Assembly: GCA_963730185.1 (NCBI GenBank)
Contig: CAVSQW010000007.1
Location: 416,001-480,000, forward strand
Source: an uncultured Gemmatimonadales bacterium
GTDB lineage: Bacteria; Gemmatimonadota; Gemmatimonadetes; Gemmatimonadales; GWC2-71-9
Length of the DNA: 64,000 nt
Direction: 5' to 3'
The position numbers were made by a program, and so were the translations under genes. Each line of letters begins with the position of its first letter. The first letter of the stretch is position 1. The notes under the pieces are model-generated. The model did not search any database and was not told the origin of the DNA. It saw only the letters and a program-made list of their open reading frames with translations. Positions 1-9,643 of this stretch are shown one piece after another.

Positions 1-2
1 TG

Positions 3-404
3 AGTGGCCGGAGCATCCCCTTCCTGACCCGGCTGCTCGAGGCGCCGCACACCCTGGCGCCCGATCGGCTCGCGCGGGAGCCGCGCGCCCCCCGGTTCGT
101 GGCGGTCGATGGCAAGACGGTGATCGGATCGGGAGCCAATCGGATCGAGCTCTATCCGGTGCGGGGGCCCTACGCCGAGCACATGACCATGGCCTACTTC
201 CCGGGGCATCGGCTGCTCTACGGCGCCGACCTGGTCTTCCAGGACCGCTCCGCCGGCCACGGCTACCTGCTCACCCCGGCGGCCGATCTCGTGGCGGCGG
301 TGGACCGCGAGCAGCTGACGGTCGACTCCGTCTTCTGCGTCCAGGCCACGCCCACGGTTGGATGGAGGGAGTTCGCGGCGTCGGTCCCGGGCCGGTCTCC
401 CTGA
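3..404 (+). CDS. C-terminal part of a probable MBL-fold metallo-hydrolase (5' end outside the window)
   Basis: Frame is open from base 3 (SGRSIPFLTRLLEAPHTLAPDRL...IELYPVRGPYAEHMTMAYFPGHRLLYGADL). The LLYxAD-type C-terminus resembles MBL-fold proteins. Confidence 0.55.
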   Translation, partial: SGRSIPFLTRLLEAPHTLAPDRLAREPRAPRFVAVDGKTVIGSGANRIELYPVRGPYAEHMTMAYFPGHRLLYGADLVFQDRSAGHGYLLTPAADLVAAVDREQLTVDSVFCVQATPTVGWREFAASVPGRSP

Positions 405-507
405 TCGGTCGGGGCGAACCCGCCCGCGCCAGGGGCCGGGGATGGACAGGTCCGGTCCATCGGCTATCCTCGGTGGAGTCGGGAGCGCTCCTCGGAGGAG
501 GTCCGGA

Positions 508-1728
508 GTGGTCGGTTCGGTGCTGCATGCGGTGGGACATGCCCTCGCCATGGCCGCGATGATGGGTTGGGAGATTCTCTGGGCCCTGGTGCTGGGCTTC
601 ACCCTGTCGGGGGTCGTGCAGGCCGTCGTCTCGAAGCGCGAGATGCGGCGTCTCCTCCCCGACGCCTCCTCCCGGTCCCTCGCGTTCGCCGCGGGACTCG
701 GCGCGGCGTCGTCGTCCTGCTCCTACGCCGCGGTGGCGCTGGCCCGATCGCTCTTCCGGAAGGGCGCGGACTTCACGGCCGCCATGGTCTTTCAGTTCGG
801 CTCGACCAATCTGGTCATCGAGCTCGGGATCCTGCTCGCGGTGCTGATGGGTTGGCAGTTCACCCTGGCCGAGTTCGTGGGCGGGACGCTGATGATCGTC
901 CTGCTGGCGCTGTTCTTCCGGGCTTTTCTTGCGCCGGGTTTGGTGGAGGCCGCCCGGCGCCAGGCCGAGCGCGGGCTCGCGGGCCGGATGGAAGGGCACG
1001 CGGCCATGGACATGTCGCTCAGCCAGGGGACGGTCTGGACCCGGCTCCGCTCGGCCCAGGGCCGGACCGCCATCAGCCACTACTTCGTGATGGATTGGGC
1101 CTCGGTCTGGCCCGACATCGTCGGCGGCCTGCTGATCAGCGGCGCCCTCGCCGCCTGGGTGCCGAAGAGCTTCTGGCAGGGCTTCTTCCTGACCGGACAT
1201 CCGGTGCTGGCGGAGGTATGGGGGCCGCTGGTCGGTCCGCTGGTCGCCATCGTGTCGTTCGTCTGCTCGGTCGGCAACGTGCCGCTGGCCGCGGTGCTCT
1301 GGAACGGCGGGATCAGCTTCGGCGGGGTGGTGGCCTTCCTCTTCGCCGACCTCATCATCCTCCCGATCCTCAACATCTACCGGAAGTACTACGGTCCGAA
1401 GATCACAGCCTTTCTGCTCGGGACCTTCTACGCCGCCATGGTCCTGGCGTCGCTGGGCGTCGAGCTCCTGTTCCAGGCCCTTCACCTGGTGCCGGCCCAG
1501 CGCCAGGCCCGGGTGGCGGAGGCGACCCTCTCCTGGAACTACACCACCTGGCTCGACCTCGCTTTTCTGGCGCTGGCCGTGGTGTTGGTGACCCGGTTCG
1601 TCCGGACCGGTGGCCCCGCGATGCTCCGCCGGATGAGTCACCCCGCGCCGGCCGGGGACGACGGCGAGCACGACCATGATCACCGGGCCGGCCCGGGGCA
1701 CGAGGGCCATCACCACCCGCGGGCTTGA
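508..1728 (+). CDS. Permease (UPF0718/DUF318, ArsP-like) with His-rich C-terminal tail
   Basis: Multiple TM helices; SSSCSY and FVCSVGNVP Cys motifs; GGAGG at about 494 before GTG 508; tail GEHDHDHRAGPGHEGHHH. Confidence 0.8.
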   Translation: MVGSVLHAVGHALAMAAMMGWEILWALVLGFTLSGVVQAVVSKREMRRLLPDASSRSLAFAAGLGAASSSCSYAAVALARSLFRKGADFTAAMVFQFGSTNLVIELGILLAVLMGWQFTLAEFVGGTLMIVLLALFFRAFLAPGLVEAARRQAERGLAGRMEGHAAMDMSLSQGTVWTRLRSAQGRTAISHYFVMDWASVWPDIVGGLLISGALAAWVPKSFWQGFFLTGHPVLAEVWGPLVGPLVAIVSFVCSVGNVPLAAVLWNGGISFGGVVAFLFADLIILPILNIYRKYYGPKITAFLLGTFYAAMVLASLGVELLFQALHLVPAQRQARVAEATLSWNYTTWLDLAFLALAVVLVTRFVRTGGPAMLRRMSHPAPAGDDGEHDHDHRAGPGHEGHHHPRA

Positions 1729-1753
1729 TTGACTCAAATGTTGAGGGTATGAT
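1725..1753 (+). promoter_or_regulatory. sigma70 promoter for padR (leaderless) with a palindromic operator in the spacer
   Basis: TTGATT(1725)-17 nt-TATGAT(1748), 6 nt before ATG 1760; CTCAA-atg-TTGAG inverted repeat at 1733-1745. Confidence 0.7.
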
Positions 1754-1759
1754 CGAGCC

Positions 1760-2104
1760 ATGCCCGATCACGCCCTCGACCTCCTCCAAGGCACTCTCGA
1801 CGTCCTCGTCCTTCGCGCCCTCGCCCGGGCGCCGAAGCACGGCTACGCGGTGGCCCGGTTCATCCGCGACGGCTCGCACGGCACCTTCAAGATTCTCGAC
1901 GGCGCCCTCTACACCTCACTCCACCGGATGGAGGCGCGGGGGTGGGTCGCGTCCGAGTGGGGGCTCTCAGACAAGGGCAAGCGGGCCAAGTTCTACGCCA
2001 TCACCGCCGCCGGCCGGCGGGCGCTGGCGACCGAGACCCGGAGCTGGGACCGGTACGTGGCGGCGGTGGCCGGCGTGATGCAGGCCGACCCGGACGCGAG
2101 CTGA
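1760..2104 (+). CDS. PadR family transcriptional regulator (acidobacterial type)
   Basis: LLQGTLDVLVL, HGYAVAR, GALYTSLHRME, WGLSDKGKRAKFY motifs; directly upstream of an ADOP permease. Confidence 0.92.
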   Translation: MPDHALDLLQGTLDVLVLRALARAPKHGYAVARFIRDGSHGTFKILDGALYTSLHRMEARGWVASEWGLSDKGKRAKFYAITAAGRRALATETRSWDRYVAAVAGVMQADPDAS

Positions 2105-2115
2105 CGGAGGCTCCC

Positions 2116-4825
2116 ATGTCGCGCACCCCGCTCTGGCGGCGCTATCTCCGGTTCTTCCGATCCGACGTGACGTCCGACGTCGGCGACGAGGTTCGGTTCC
2201 ACCTGGAGGAGCGGATCGAGGAGCTGGTGGCGTCGGGCGTCTCGCCGGCCGATGCCCGGCGTCAGGCCGTGGAGGAGTTCGGCGACGTCGACGCGGTCAG
2301 CCGGCGTCTCGAGGCCATCGACCAGCGGATCGAGGGCCGGCGGCGGCGGGCCGAGCGGTGGAGCGTGGTCCTGGTCGAGCTCCGGCAGGCGGTCCGCCGG
2401 CTGGCTCGAGCGCCCGCGTTCGCGGCGTCGGCCGTGCTGGCGCTCGGGTTAGGGATCGGCGCCTCGGTGGCCATCTTCCAGGTGCTCGACGCGGTGGTCC
2501 TCCGGCCGCTTCCCTATCCGGCGCCGGAGGAGCTGGTGGCGCTCGACTCGCCGGTGCCCGGGATCGGACCGGACGCCCGCTGGGGCCTGGCCCGCCACGA
2601 GATGTTCTACTTCAAGGCCCACGCGCCGTCCCTGCAGGACCTGGGGGTGTTCCGGGTCTCGCAGCTGACGGTCGGCGGCGACGGCCAGCGCTTCGTCGCC
2701 GAACGGGCCCGGGCCGTCCTCACCAGCTCCACCCTGTTCGGGGTGCTCGGCATCCACCCGCTCTACGGCCGGCTCCTGCTGCCGGAAGACAACCTGGAGC
2801 GGCAACCCCAGGTCGTGGTGCTCGGCAACCGCTACTGGCGCCGCCGCTTCGGCGCCGACCCCTCGATCGTCGGGAAGACCATCCCGTTGGAGGGCTATCC
2901 CCAACAGGTGGTCGGGGTGCTTCCGCCCGAAGCGGACCTGCCCAACGCCAAGGTCGACCTCTGGTCGCCGGCCTACGTCGATCCCGGCGCCCAGGCCGCG
3001 AGCAACCACACCTGGCAGGCCATCGGGCGGCTCCGGCCGGGCGCCACCGCGGGTGATCTCGAGCGCGAGCTGGCGCCGATCACGGCCCGCTTTCCCGAGA
3101 TCTTCCCGACGGCCTACTCCGACAACTTCATGAAGGGGGCCGGGTTCCGGACCGCCGTCCGACCCCTGCGCGACGTCGTGGTGGGCCCGGTAGTGTCGCG
3201 CGCCCTCTGGATCTTGCTGGGCTCGGTCGGCCTCGTCCTGCTGATCGCGGCCGCGAACGTGGCGAATCTCTTCCTGGTCCGGGTGGAGGGGCGGCGCCGG
3301 GAGCTGGCGGTCCGAGCCGCGCTCGGCGCCACCCGGCGTCAGCTGGCTTTGCACCTGTTGGCCGAGGGGCTCGCGGTCGCGATCGCGGCCGGCGGGGTGG
3401 CGCTGGGGTTGGCGGTGGCTGGTGTCCGGCTCCTGTTGGCCCTCGCGCCCAGCACGCTGCCGAGGCTGGACGAAGTCCACCTCGGAGCCGAGGCGGTCGG
3501 GCTCACCGCTGTCCTCGCGCTCCTCGGCGGCGTACTGATCGCCCTGGTTCCGGTCCTTTCGACCGGGATTCGAACGGACGAGCTGGGCGAGAGCGGCCGC
3601 CGGGTCACGGTCGGCCGGCGCCGGCACGCGGCCCGGGGTGCGATGGTGGTGGGCCAGGTGGCCCTGGCGATGGTGCTCCTCGCGGCGGCCGGGCTGATGA
3701 TGCGGAGCTTCCGGAACCTCCGGAGCGTGAGCCCCGGGTTCGACGCCGATCGGGTGTTGGTCGCCTCGCTCGCTCTCCCTCGGGCCCGTTATGGCGACAC
3801 CGCCTTCACCCGGGCGGAAGGGTTCTACCGTCAGGTGCACGATCGGATGTTGGCCCGTCCCGGCGTGGCCGGCGTGGCGTTCGGCGAGATGGTCCCGCTC
3901 GAGATCGAGGACGGCTGCACCGGGGTGATTCCCGAGCGTGAGCCGGGCAAGGTCCGGTCCGAGACGTGCGTGGTGACCATGCAGGTCTCCCCGGGTTACT
4001 TCCGTACCCTGGGCATCGACGTTCGCGGCCGCTGCCCCCGATTGGGCCGAGGTCGAGGCGCGCCCGGGTGAGGTCGTCGTGAGCCGGAGCCTGGCGGATC
4101 AGATCTGGCCCGGCGAGGATCCGATGGGCAAGGGGCTCCGGTGCTGCCGCTATGGAACCGACTACTACCGGGTGGTCGGCGTGACCGGAGATGTTCGGGG
4201 CGGTGGCCTGGACCGGCCGGCGACCGAAGCCGTCTATTTCCCGATCCTGCCCATGCCGGGAGACATCCTCGACGGGGTACCGGGCTACATGCAGGTCGTG
4301 GTCGGTTTGCGGGGCGGCTCGATGGAGGCGACCGGCGCGGAGCTCCGCCGGGTGGTCGCCGCGGTCGATCCCGAGGTCGCGATCGCCAACCTGCGTCCGA
4401 TGACCGAGGTCGTCGCCCGCTCGGTGGCCAACCGGTCGTTCACCCTGGTGCTCCTCGGCGTCGCGTCGCTCATGGCGCTGGCGATCAGCACCATCGGGCT
4501 CTATGGGGTCATCGCCTATCTGGTGGGTGAGCGGCGGCGGGAGATCGGGATCCGGCTGGCGCTGGGGGCCGGGGCCCGCCGGGTGGGCCGCTCGGTACTG
4601 TGGCAGTCGATCCGGCTGGCCGCCCTGGGCGTCGCCATCGGGGTGGTGGCCTCGCTGGGCGCCATGCGGCTCCTCCAGGCGCTCCTGTTCGAGGTGAGCC
4701 CGACCGATCCGGCGACCTTGGCGGCGGTGGCGGCCTTCCTGGTCGGTCTGGCGGCCCTGGCGGGGTCTCTTCCCGCCCGCCGAGCCATGCGGGTGGACCC
4801 GGTCGAGACTCTCAAGGCGGAATAG
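2116..4825 (+). CDS. ADOP-type duplicated ABC permease (MacB/FtsX domains); one +1 frameshift near 4033
   Basis: GGAGG before ATG 2116; permease-prefix domain (DEVRFHLEER), AANVANL, RRRELAVRAALGA. The second half (ERRREIGIRLALGA...RAMRVDP) continues in the 4079 frame. Confidence 0.85.
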
Positions 4826-4900
4826 GGCCCGAGGGTTGCGCCGGGTGGTCCGGGGTGGCTATCGTAATCGCCCGTCCACCAGCTGTTCTCGGTGGGGTAA

Positions 4901-4974
<74 letters not shown>

Positions 4975-4984
4975 TCGAGCAGTC

Positions 4985-5011
4985 AGCCCGTTTCGGCGGG
5001 CTTTCTTTTTT
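4985..5011 (+). terminator. Rho-independent terminator after tRNA-Ile
   Basis: AGCCCGT-TTCG-GCGGGCT hairpin followed by TTCTTTTTT. Confidence 0.85.
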
Positions 5012-5034
5012 GGCCTCCCCCACGTCGGGGCAGG

Positions 5035-6699
5035 TCAGCGTGCCCCCCCGCCCGGGCCGAACGGCCCGACCCGGAACGACGGCGCCTGGTACCCCTTGGG
5101 CAGGTAGTCGTTCGGGATCCCGATCTGGTTGCCGTCCCTCAGGGCGCCGTAGTGGGGCGACAGGATCTCCACGCCGGCCTCGTTGAACGTGTCCTGAATG
5201 TGCTGGTGCAACTCCGAGTAGATCCGGGCCATCTGCCCCGGGTTCTCGGTGTAGACGTTCAATTCGTAGCTCACGTAGAAATCGTCGAGACTGGTCTGCA
5301 GGACGAACGGGGGGGGCTCGGTCATCAGCTGGTCCGTCCGCCCCGCCGCGTCGATCAGCAGCTGGTGCACCTGTTTCCAGGGGGCGTCGTACCCGATGGT
5401 GACGCCGGTGTGGAGAATGACGCCGCCGTCCTTGGCGGTCGAGCTGTAGTTGATGATGTGACTGGCGAGCACCATCGCGTTGGGAATGGTGATGTCGACG
5501 TTCTTGATGGTCCGGACCCGGGTCACCAGGAGGGTCCGCTCGATGACGTCGCCGGTGGTGTCGGCGATCTTGACCCGGTCGCCGATCTTGAATGGACTCA
5601 TGTAGGTGATGACCACACCCGCGATGACGTTGCCGATGGCACCGGCCGAGCCGAACGAGAGTAACACGCCGAAGAAGACCGAGACACCCTTGAATGCGTC
5701 GGACCCCGACCCCGGTAGGTACGGGAAGACCACCACCAGCGCGAACGCCAGCACCAACAGCCGGACGATCTTGTAGGTGGGATCGGCCCACTCGTCGCGA
5801 AATCCGCGGAACTGCAGGGTGCCTTTGGAGAGGCCGTCGAAGAACAGGCGGATGAACCTGAGGAGGTAGTACGTCACCGCCACGATGACGGCGATGTAAA
5901 ACACGTTGGGGATGTAGCCGAGCACGGCGGCCCCGACCTGTCTGATCGGAGCCGCGATGTAGGTGAACAGCGTCGAGGCGAACCCGTGAGTCCAGGGGAA
6001 GAAGCTGAAGACCAGGGGCACGTAGTAGAACAGGAGAATGACCAGGATGGCGATTCGGAGCGCCTTGGCTACCCCGACCAGCACGTCCGCCAGCCGCGCG
6101 GCGGACAGCAGCTCGAGCCGCTGGATCCGCAAGGAGGGAATCCGGGTGCCGCGCCAGGAGTTCAGCTTGGCGTTGAGGGTCGGAAAGAAGCGATTCATCA
6201 GCTTGATCGCGATGACCAGCACTGCCGTGGCGAGCAGCGTGAACAGGGCTCCGAGGAGGAGAGCCTTGACGATCCCCCAGACCGATTGACTCCGGATGGC
6301 GCCCTGAATCGCCCGGGCCCTCGCGGCCACCAGATCGCCCCGGGGCACGCCGGCGGCCGCGGCGTCGGCGTCGGTCACCGTCGTGATGGTCTCGTCGCCG
6401 ATCAGGATATCGGAGGAGGCTTCGCCCGGGACGACGAGGACCGAGTCCTTGGACCGAAGCGGGTCCGCCGCGACGCGGGTCATCCGGGTCACGATCGCCT
6501 GGGCCCGGTCGGCGGGCGCGAACGGGCCGAGCGGTGCCTGGATCCAGAACAGGGTATCGCCCTTCAGGATCACCGGCGCCCCCGGCACCGTCTGGCTGGG
6601 CCCGGTGACGGCGCGGGGCGAGGTCGTGTCGGCCTGCGCGAGCGCGGACGAGTGCGCCGCCGGGCTCAGCAGGGCGATGACGAGAAGGACACGGCGCAT
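5035..6699 (-). CDS. MscS family mechanosensitive channel with periplasmic N-terminal domain
   Basis: Signal peptide, TM helices, GNVIAG...PFKIGDRVKI, ITIPN, IGYDAPW, EILSPHY. Confidence 0.9.
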   Translation of the reverse strand: MRRVLLVIALLSPAAHSSALAQADTTSPRAVTGPSQTVPGAPVILKGDTLFWIQAPLGPFAPADRAQAIVTRMTRVAADPLRSKDSVLVVPGEASSDILIGDETITTVTDADAAAAGVPRGDLVAARARAIQGAIRSQSVWGIVKALLLGALFTLLATAVLVIAIKLMNRFFPTLNAKLNSWRGTRIPSLRIQRLELLSAARLADVLVGVAKALRIAILVILLFYYVPLVFSFFPWTHGFASTLFTYIAAPIRQVGAAVLGYIPNVFYIAVIVAVTYYLLRFIRLFFDGLSKGTLQFRGFRDEWADPTYKIVRLLVLAFALVVVFPYLPGSGSDAFKGVSVFFGVLLSFGSAGAIGNVIAGVVITYMSPFKIGDRVKIADTTGDVIERTLLVTRVRTIKNVDITIPNAMVLASHIINYSSTAKDGGVILHTGVTIGYDAPWKQVHQLLIDAAGRTDQLMTEPPPFVLQTSLDDFYVSYELNVYTENPGQMARIYSELHQHIQDTFNEAGVEILSPHYGALRDGNQIGIPNDYLPKGYQAPSFRVGPFGPGGGAR

Positions 6700-6723
6700 G
6701 ACGGGTTCCTGGGTGAGGGTCGC

Positions 6724-7692
6724 TCAGGTGCCGGACGATGTCGGAGGGGGCACCGGCGCGGGGCGGGGGCCCGCCGGCCGGGCCGTGGGTTGGTCTTCGG
6801 CGAGTCGGACCGTCACCGGCGGGGCTCCGACCAACTCGAACGTCGCCGACGCCAATTGGATGGCACCCTTGCTCGCCGCGATCTCGTCGAGCAGCGAACA
6901 GAAGATATGGTGCTTGGTGATCCGCCGGCGAGTGTAGTCGACGACGTAGCGAGCCGTGAACTCCATCCAGTTGTCGTTGGCGACCAGGGTCACCAACGGC
7001 TCGACCCGGGCATCCTCGATTCGGTACTTCTGCACGATCTCCGCCCACCGGTCCTTGGCCAGCCGCTGGTAGTCGCCGACTTCGGCTCGGACCACCCGCT
7101 CGATCATGGCCAGCACGGCCTGATGATCGGCCCCATAGCGGACCGGGACGATGATCTCGTCCCACAGGAAGGGGAAGTCGCCGGAGTAGTTGAAGACCGG
7201 CTCCTTGAACACGAAACTGTTGGCGATCTTGACGATCCGACCGTTGTAGAGGTCGCCGTTTACCCATTGCCCGCACTCCATCAACGTCGTCCGCAAAATG
7301 CCGACGTCGATCACGTCTCCCTTGATGCCGCCCAGCTGGATCCGGTCGCCGGGCTTGTAGAAGTCACCCAGCGCGACGGCCGCCCATCCCGCGACGCTGG
7401 CGATCACCTCCTGGAGGGCGAAGGCGATGCCGGCCCCGGCGACGCCCAGGGCAACCGTCAGGCCGCCCAGCTGGGCTCGAAAGACGATGGTGAGAAACAC
7501 CACCGCGGCGAGGTACCCGGCGAACGAAACGAACTTCCGCACCCGGTACCGGGTATCGTTGTCCTTGATGTGACGGGCGAGCGACCGACGGGCGACCCGC
7601 ACCAGGGCGACGATCACGATGAGCCCCAGGAGCACCGTCACGATCCGGGCGACGGTGGGGTCGAACAGCAACTGCCGCAAAGACTCACTCAT
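6724..7692 (-). CDS. MscS family small-conductance mechanosensitive channel
   Basis: GVAGAGIAFALQE, YKPGDRIQLGGIKGDVIDVG, IANSFVFKEPVFNYS; ATG 7692 preceded by GAGG. Confidence 0.9.
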   Translation of the reverse strand: MSESLRQLLFDPTVARIVTVLLGLIVIVALVRVARRSLARHIKDNDTRYRVRKFVSFAGYLAAVVFLTIVFRAQLGGLTVALGVAGAGIAFALQEVIASVAGWAAVALGDFYKPGDRIQLGGIKGDVIDVGILRTTLMECGQWVNGDLYNGRIVKIANSFVFKEPVFNYSGDFPFLWDEIIVPVRYGADHQAVLAMIERVVRAEVGDYQRLAKDRWAEIVQKYRIEDARVEPLVTLVANDNWMEFTARYVVDYTRRRITKHHIFCSLLDEIAASKGAIQLASATFELVGAPPVTVRLAEDQPTARPAGPRPAPVPPPTSSGT

Positions 7693-7961
7693 GCCGCCTC
7701 GACCGTACAGGTGGAAGCCTCCGACGGTTGGGAGGCAGGCAGCGGCCAGGATCGTCGGGCTCAATCGCAGGATTCGTCGGGCGCAGTTGTCAGAGATGCC
7801 TTGGGCTCATCCCTACCGAAAGGTACCACGCACGGACCGCCCGCGGGGGTCCTGCACGTTCCAGGTGGGGTGCCTCCCTGAAGGCTTTCTTCACCCTGCA
7901 AGCGGTTGGGACAGGTGAGATAGGTCTCGGGCGCGGAATGTTGAAGCGCCGCCGGTCGCGC

Positions 7962-7990
7962 TCGACACCGGTGCTCCGGGTCCTTATGCT
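7962..7990 (+). promoter_or_regulatory. sigma70 promoter (leaderless) for the SDR gene
   Basis: TCGACA-17 nt-TATGCT, 6 nt before ATG 7997. Confidence 0.55.
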
Positions 7991-7996
7991 CAAGCC

Positions 7997-8965
7997 ATGC
8001 TACCGATCTGTCTTGCTGCCCATCGCGGCAGTCGTCGTTCCGTCCTCGGCCGCGGGGTGGCCCTCACCCTCGGGCTCCTGATCGCCACCGCGCCCCTTTC
8101 CGGGAGCGCCGCGGCACAGGTGCCATCGAAGAGCTTCGCCAAGGCGCCGCCCCTCCCGGATCTGACCGGCAAGGTGGCCCTGGTCACCGGCTCCACCGAC
8201 GGGCTCGGGCGCGACGTGGCGCGGCGTCTGGCCGCCGCCGGGGCGCACGTCTTGGTCCATGGGCGGAACGTCGCCCGCGGGGACTCACTCGTCGACGAGA
8301 TCACCCGGAGTGGTAAGGGAAGCGCGAAATTCTATCGGGCCGACTTCGCCTCGCTCGCCGAGGTGCGGGGCCTCGCCGCCGCCGTGATCCGGGACAACGC
8401 TCGGCTCGACCTGCTCGTGAACAACGCCGGGGTCGGGTTCGTCTTCGACACCACCCGGAAGTTCAGCGCCGACGGATACGAGATCCACTTCGCGGTGAAC
8501 TACCTCGCCCATTATCTGCTGACGAAGCAGCTCCTGCCACTGATCGTCGCCAGCGCTCCCTCCCGGATCATCAACGTCTCGTCCGGGTCCCAGGAGCCGA
8601 TCGACTTCGACGACGTGATGATGACGAAGGGATTCAACGGGGAGCGCGGCTATGCCCAGAGCAAGCTTGCCCAGGTGATGATGACCATCGACATGGCCCC
8701 CGAGTTGGAGAAAGAGGGCGTCCTCACCTACTCCCTCCATCCCGCGACGACGATGAACACTACCATGGCGCGGGCCCTGGGGGTCAAGCCGCGGTCGACC
8801 ATCGCCGAGGGGGTGGAGTCGGTCGTGAACGCGATCGTCACGACCGAGCCGTCGGGCACCTACTTCAACGAGCTCAAGCCTGCCAAGGCGCAGGCGCAGG
8901 CCTACGATCCGGAGGCCCGGCGGAAGCTGCGGGAGCTGAGCGAGCGGTTGATCCGCGAGCACTGA
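7997..8965 (+). CDS. Short-chain dehydrogenase/reductase with a probable Tat signal peptide
   Basis: TGSTDGLG, NNAG, YAQSK; N-terminal SRRSVL plus hydrophobic stretch plus AAA-Q. Confidence 0.88.
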   Translation: MLPICLAAHRGSRRSVLGRGVALTLGLLIATAPLSGSAAAQVPSKSFAKAPPLPDLTGKVALVTGSTDGLGRDVARRLAAAGAHVLVHGRNVARGDSLVDEITRSGKGSAKFYRADFASLAEVRGLAAAVIRDNARLDLLVNNAGVGFVFDTTRKFSADGYEIHFAVNYLAHYLLTKQLLPLIVASAPSRIINVSSGSQEPIDFDDVMMTKGFNGERGYAQSKLAQVMMTIDMAPELEKEGVLTYSLHPATTMNTTMARALGVKPRSTIAEGVESVVNAIVTTEPSGTYFNELKPAKAQAQAYDPEARRKLRELSERLIREH

Positions 8966-8990
8966 GGCTCGCGAGCCGAGCCGGCCTCGC

Positions 8991-9267
8991 TCAGGGTGCG
9001 AGGGCCGGGCTCAGCGCCCGGCCAAGATCGTCCGCCAGGCGGGCGGCGAAGGCGGCCGTGAGGTGGTTGGTGTCACGGTAGACGACCTGGCCGTCCTCGA
9101 CCGGCGGACATTGCTGGCGTCGAGCGCGGCGTAGAAGCCGGTGGTCGCCAGCCGCTGGTACGCGATCGGCGACTCGATCAGCAGGGTCGCCACCAGGACC
9201 AGGGTCGCCGCCGGAAGTAGGCGCCGGGCTCGCCGGGAGTTGAAGCGGAGGAAGTCGACCCGTCCGG
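8991..9267 (-). pseudogene. Internally deleted acyltransferase-3/SGNH (OafA/OatA-like) relic
   Basis: Minus strand reads GRVDFLRFNSRRARRLLPAATLVLVATL...AALDASN (AT3 N-terminal region). After a frame change at about 9110 it reads CPPVEDGQVVYRDTNHLTAAFAARLA...stop (SGNH DxxH C-terminus). No start codon. Confidence 0.7.
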
Positions 9268-9303
9268 CCCGGGATCAGGCCATTCCCACTGCCTGATCCC
9301 GGG
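9268..9303. terminator. 13-bp perfect hairpin, likely terminator for the 9311-9532 gene
   Basis: CCCGGGATCAGGC-10 nt-GCCTGATCCCGGG; no clear U-tract. Confidence 0.5.
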
Positions 9304-9310
9304 GACCGAG

Positions 9311-9532
9311 CTATGGGGTCACGGACCCCGGGTGGGCCGCTCGCTTCAGCGCTTCGGCCGTATCCCCGGCGTCCCCGTCATGATCGCGGGCCGAAAGGGC
9401 GCGGGCTGCCGAGCTGATCTGCACCTGATCGGCAGGGGGAGTGGATGACGCCTGCGGGGCCGTTCGGCGGGCGGCAGGAGCGGGCGAGGCGGGGCGAACG
9501 GCTGTATGTGGAGGCGTCGGTTGGATCCGCAT
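9311..9532 (-). CDS. Small FlgM-like protein (DxVxIS motif), sigma28-controlled
   Basis: 73 aa; Pro/Ala-rich N-terminus followed by ADQVQISSAARAL; sigma28-type promoter upstream and hairpin downstream. Confidence 0.6.
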   Translation of the reverse strand: MRIQPTPPHTAVRPASPAPAARRTAPQASSTPPADQVQISSAARALSARDHDGDAGDTAEALKRAAHPGSVTP

Positions 9533-9587
9533 TGGATTTCCGGGGTAGAGGCGAGCAAAGATGGCACGACCACAACTGCACCCATGG

Positions 9588-9615
9588 GTATCGGCGCGAG
9601 GCGCCTTCGGCTTGA
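9588..9615 (-). promoter_or_regulatory. sigma28 (FliA)-type promoter
   Basis: Minus strand TCAAG-15 nt-GCCGATAC; same boxes and spacing recur at 44823-44850. Confidence 0.75.
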
Positions 9616-9643
9616 GGCGCCATGGGGGTGCCTGCCGCTCGGG

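Noticed and set aside
7770..7950. Intergenic stretch with a TACC-GAAA-GGTA hairpin, considered as an ncRNA
   Set aside because: Only a 4-bp stem; no recognisable RNA family or extended structure.
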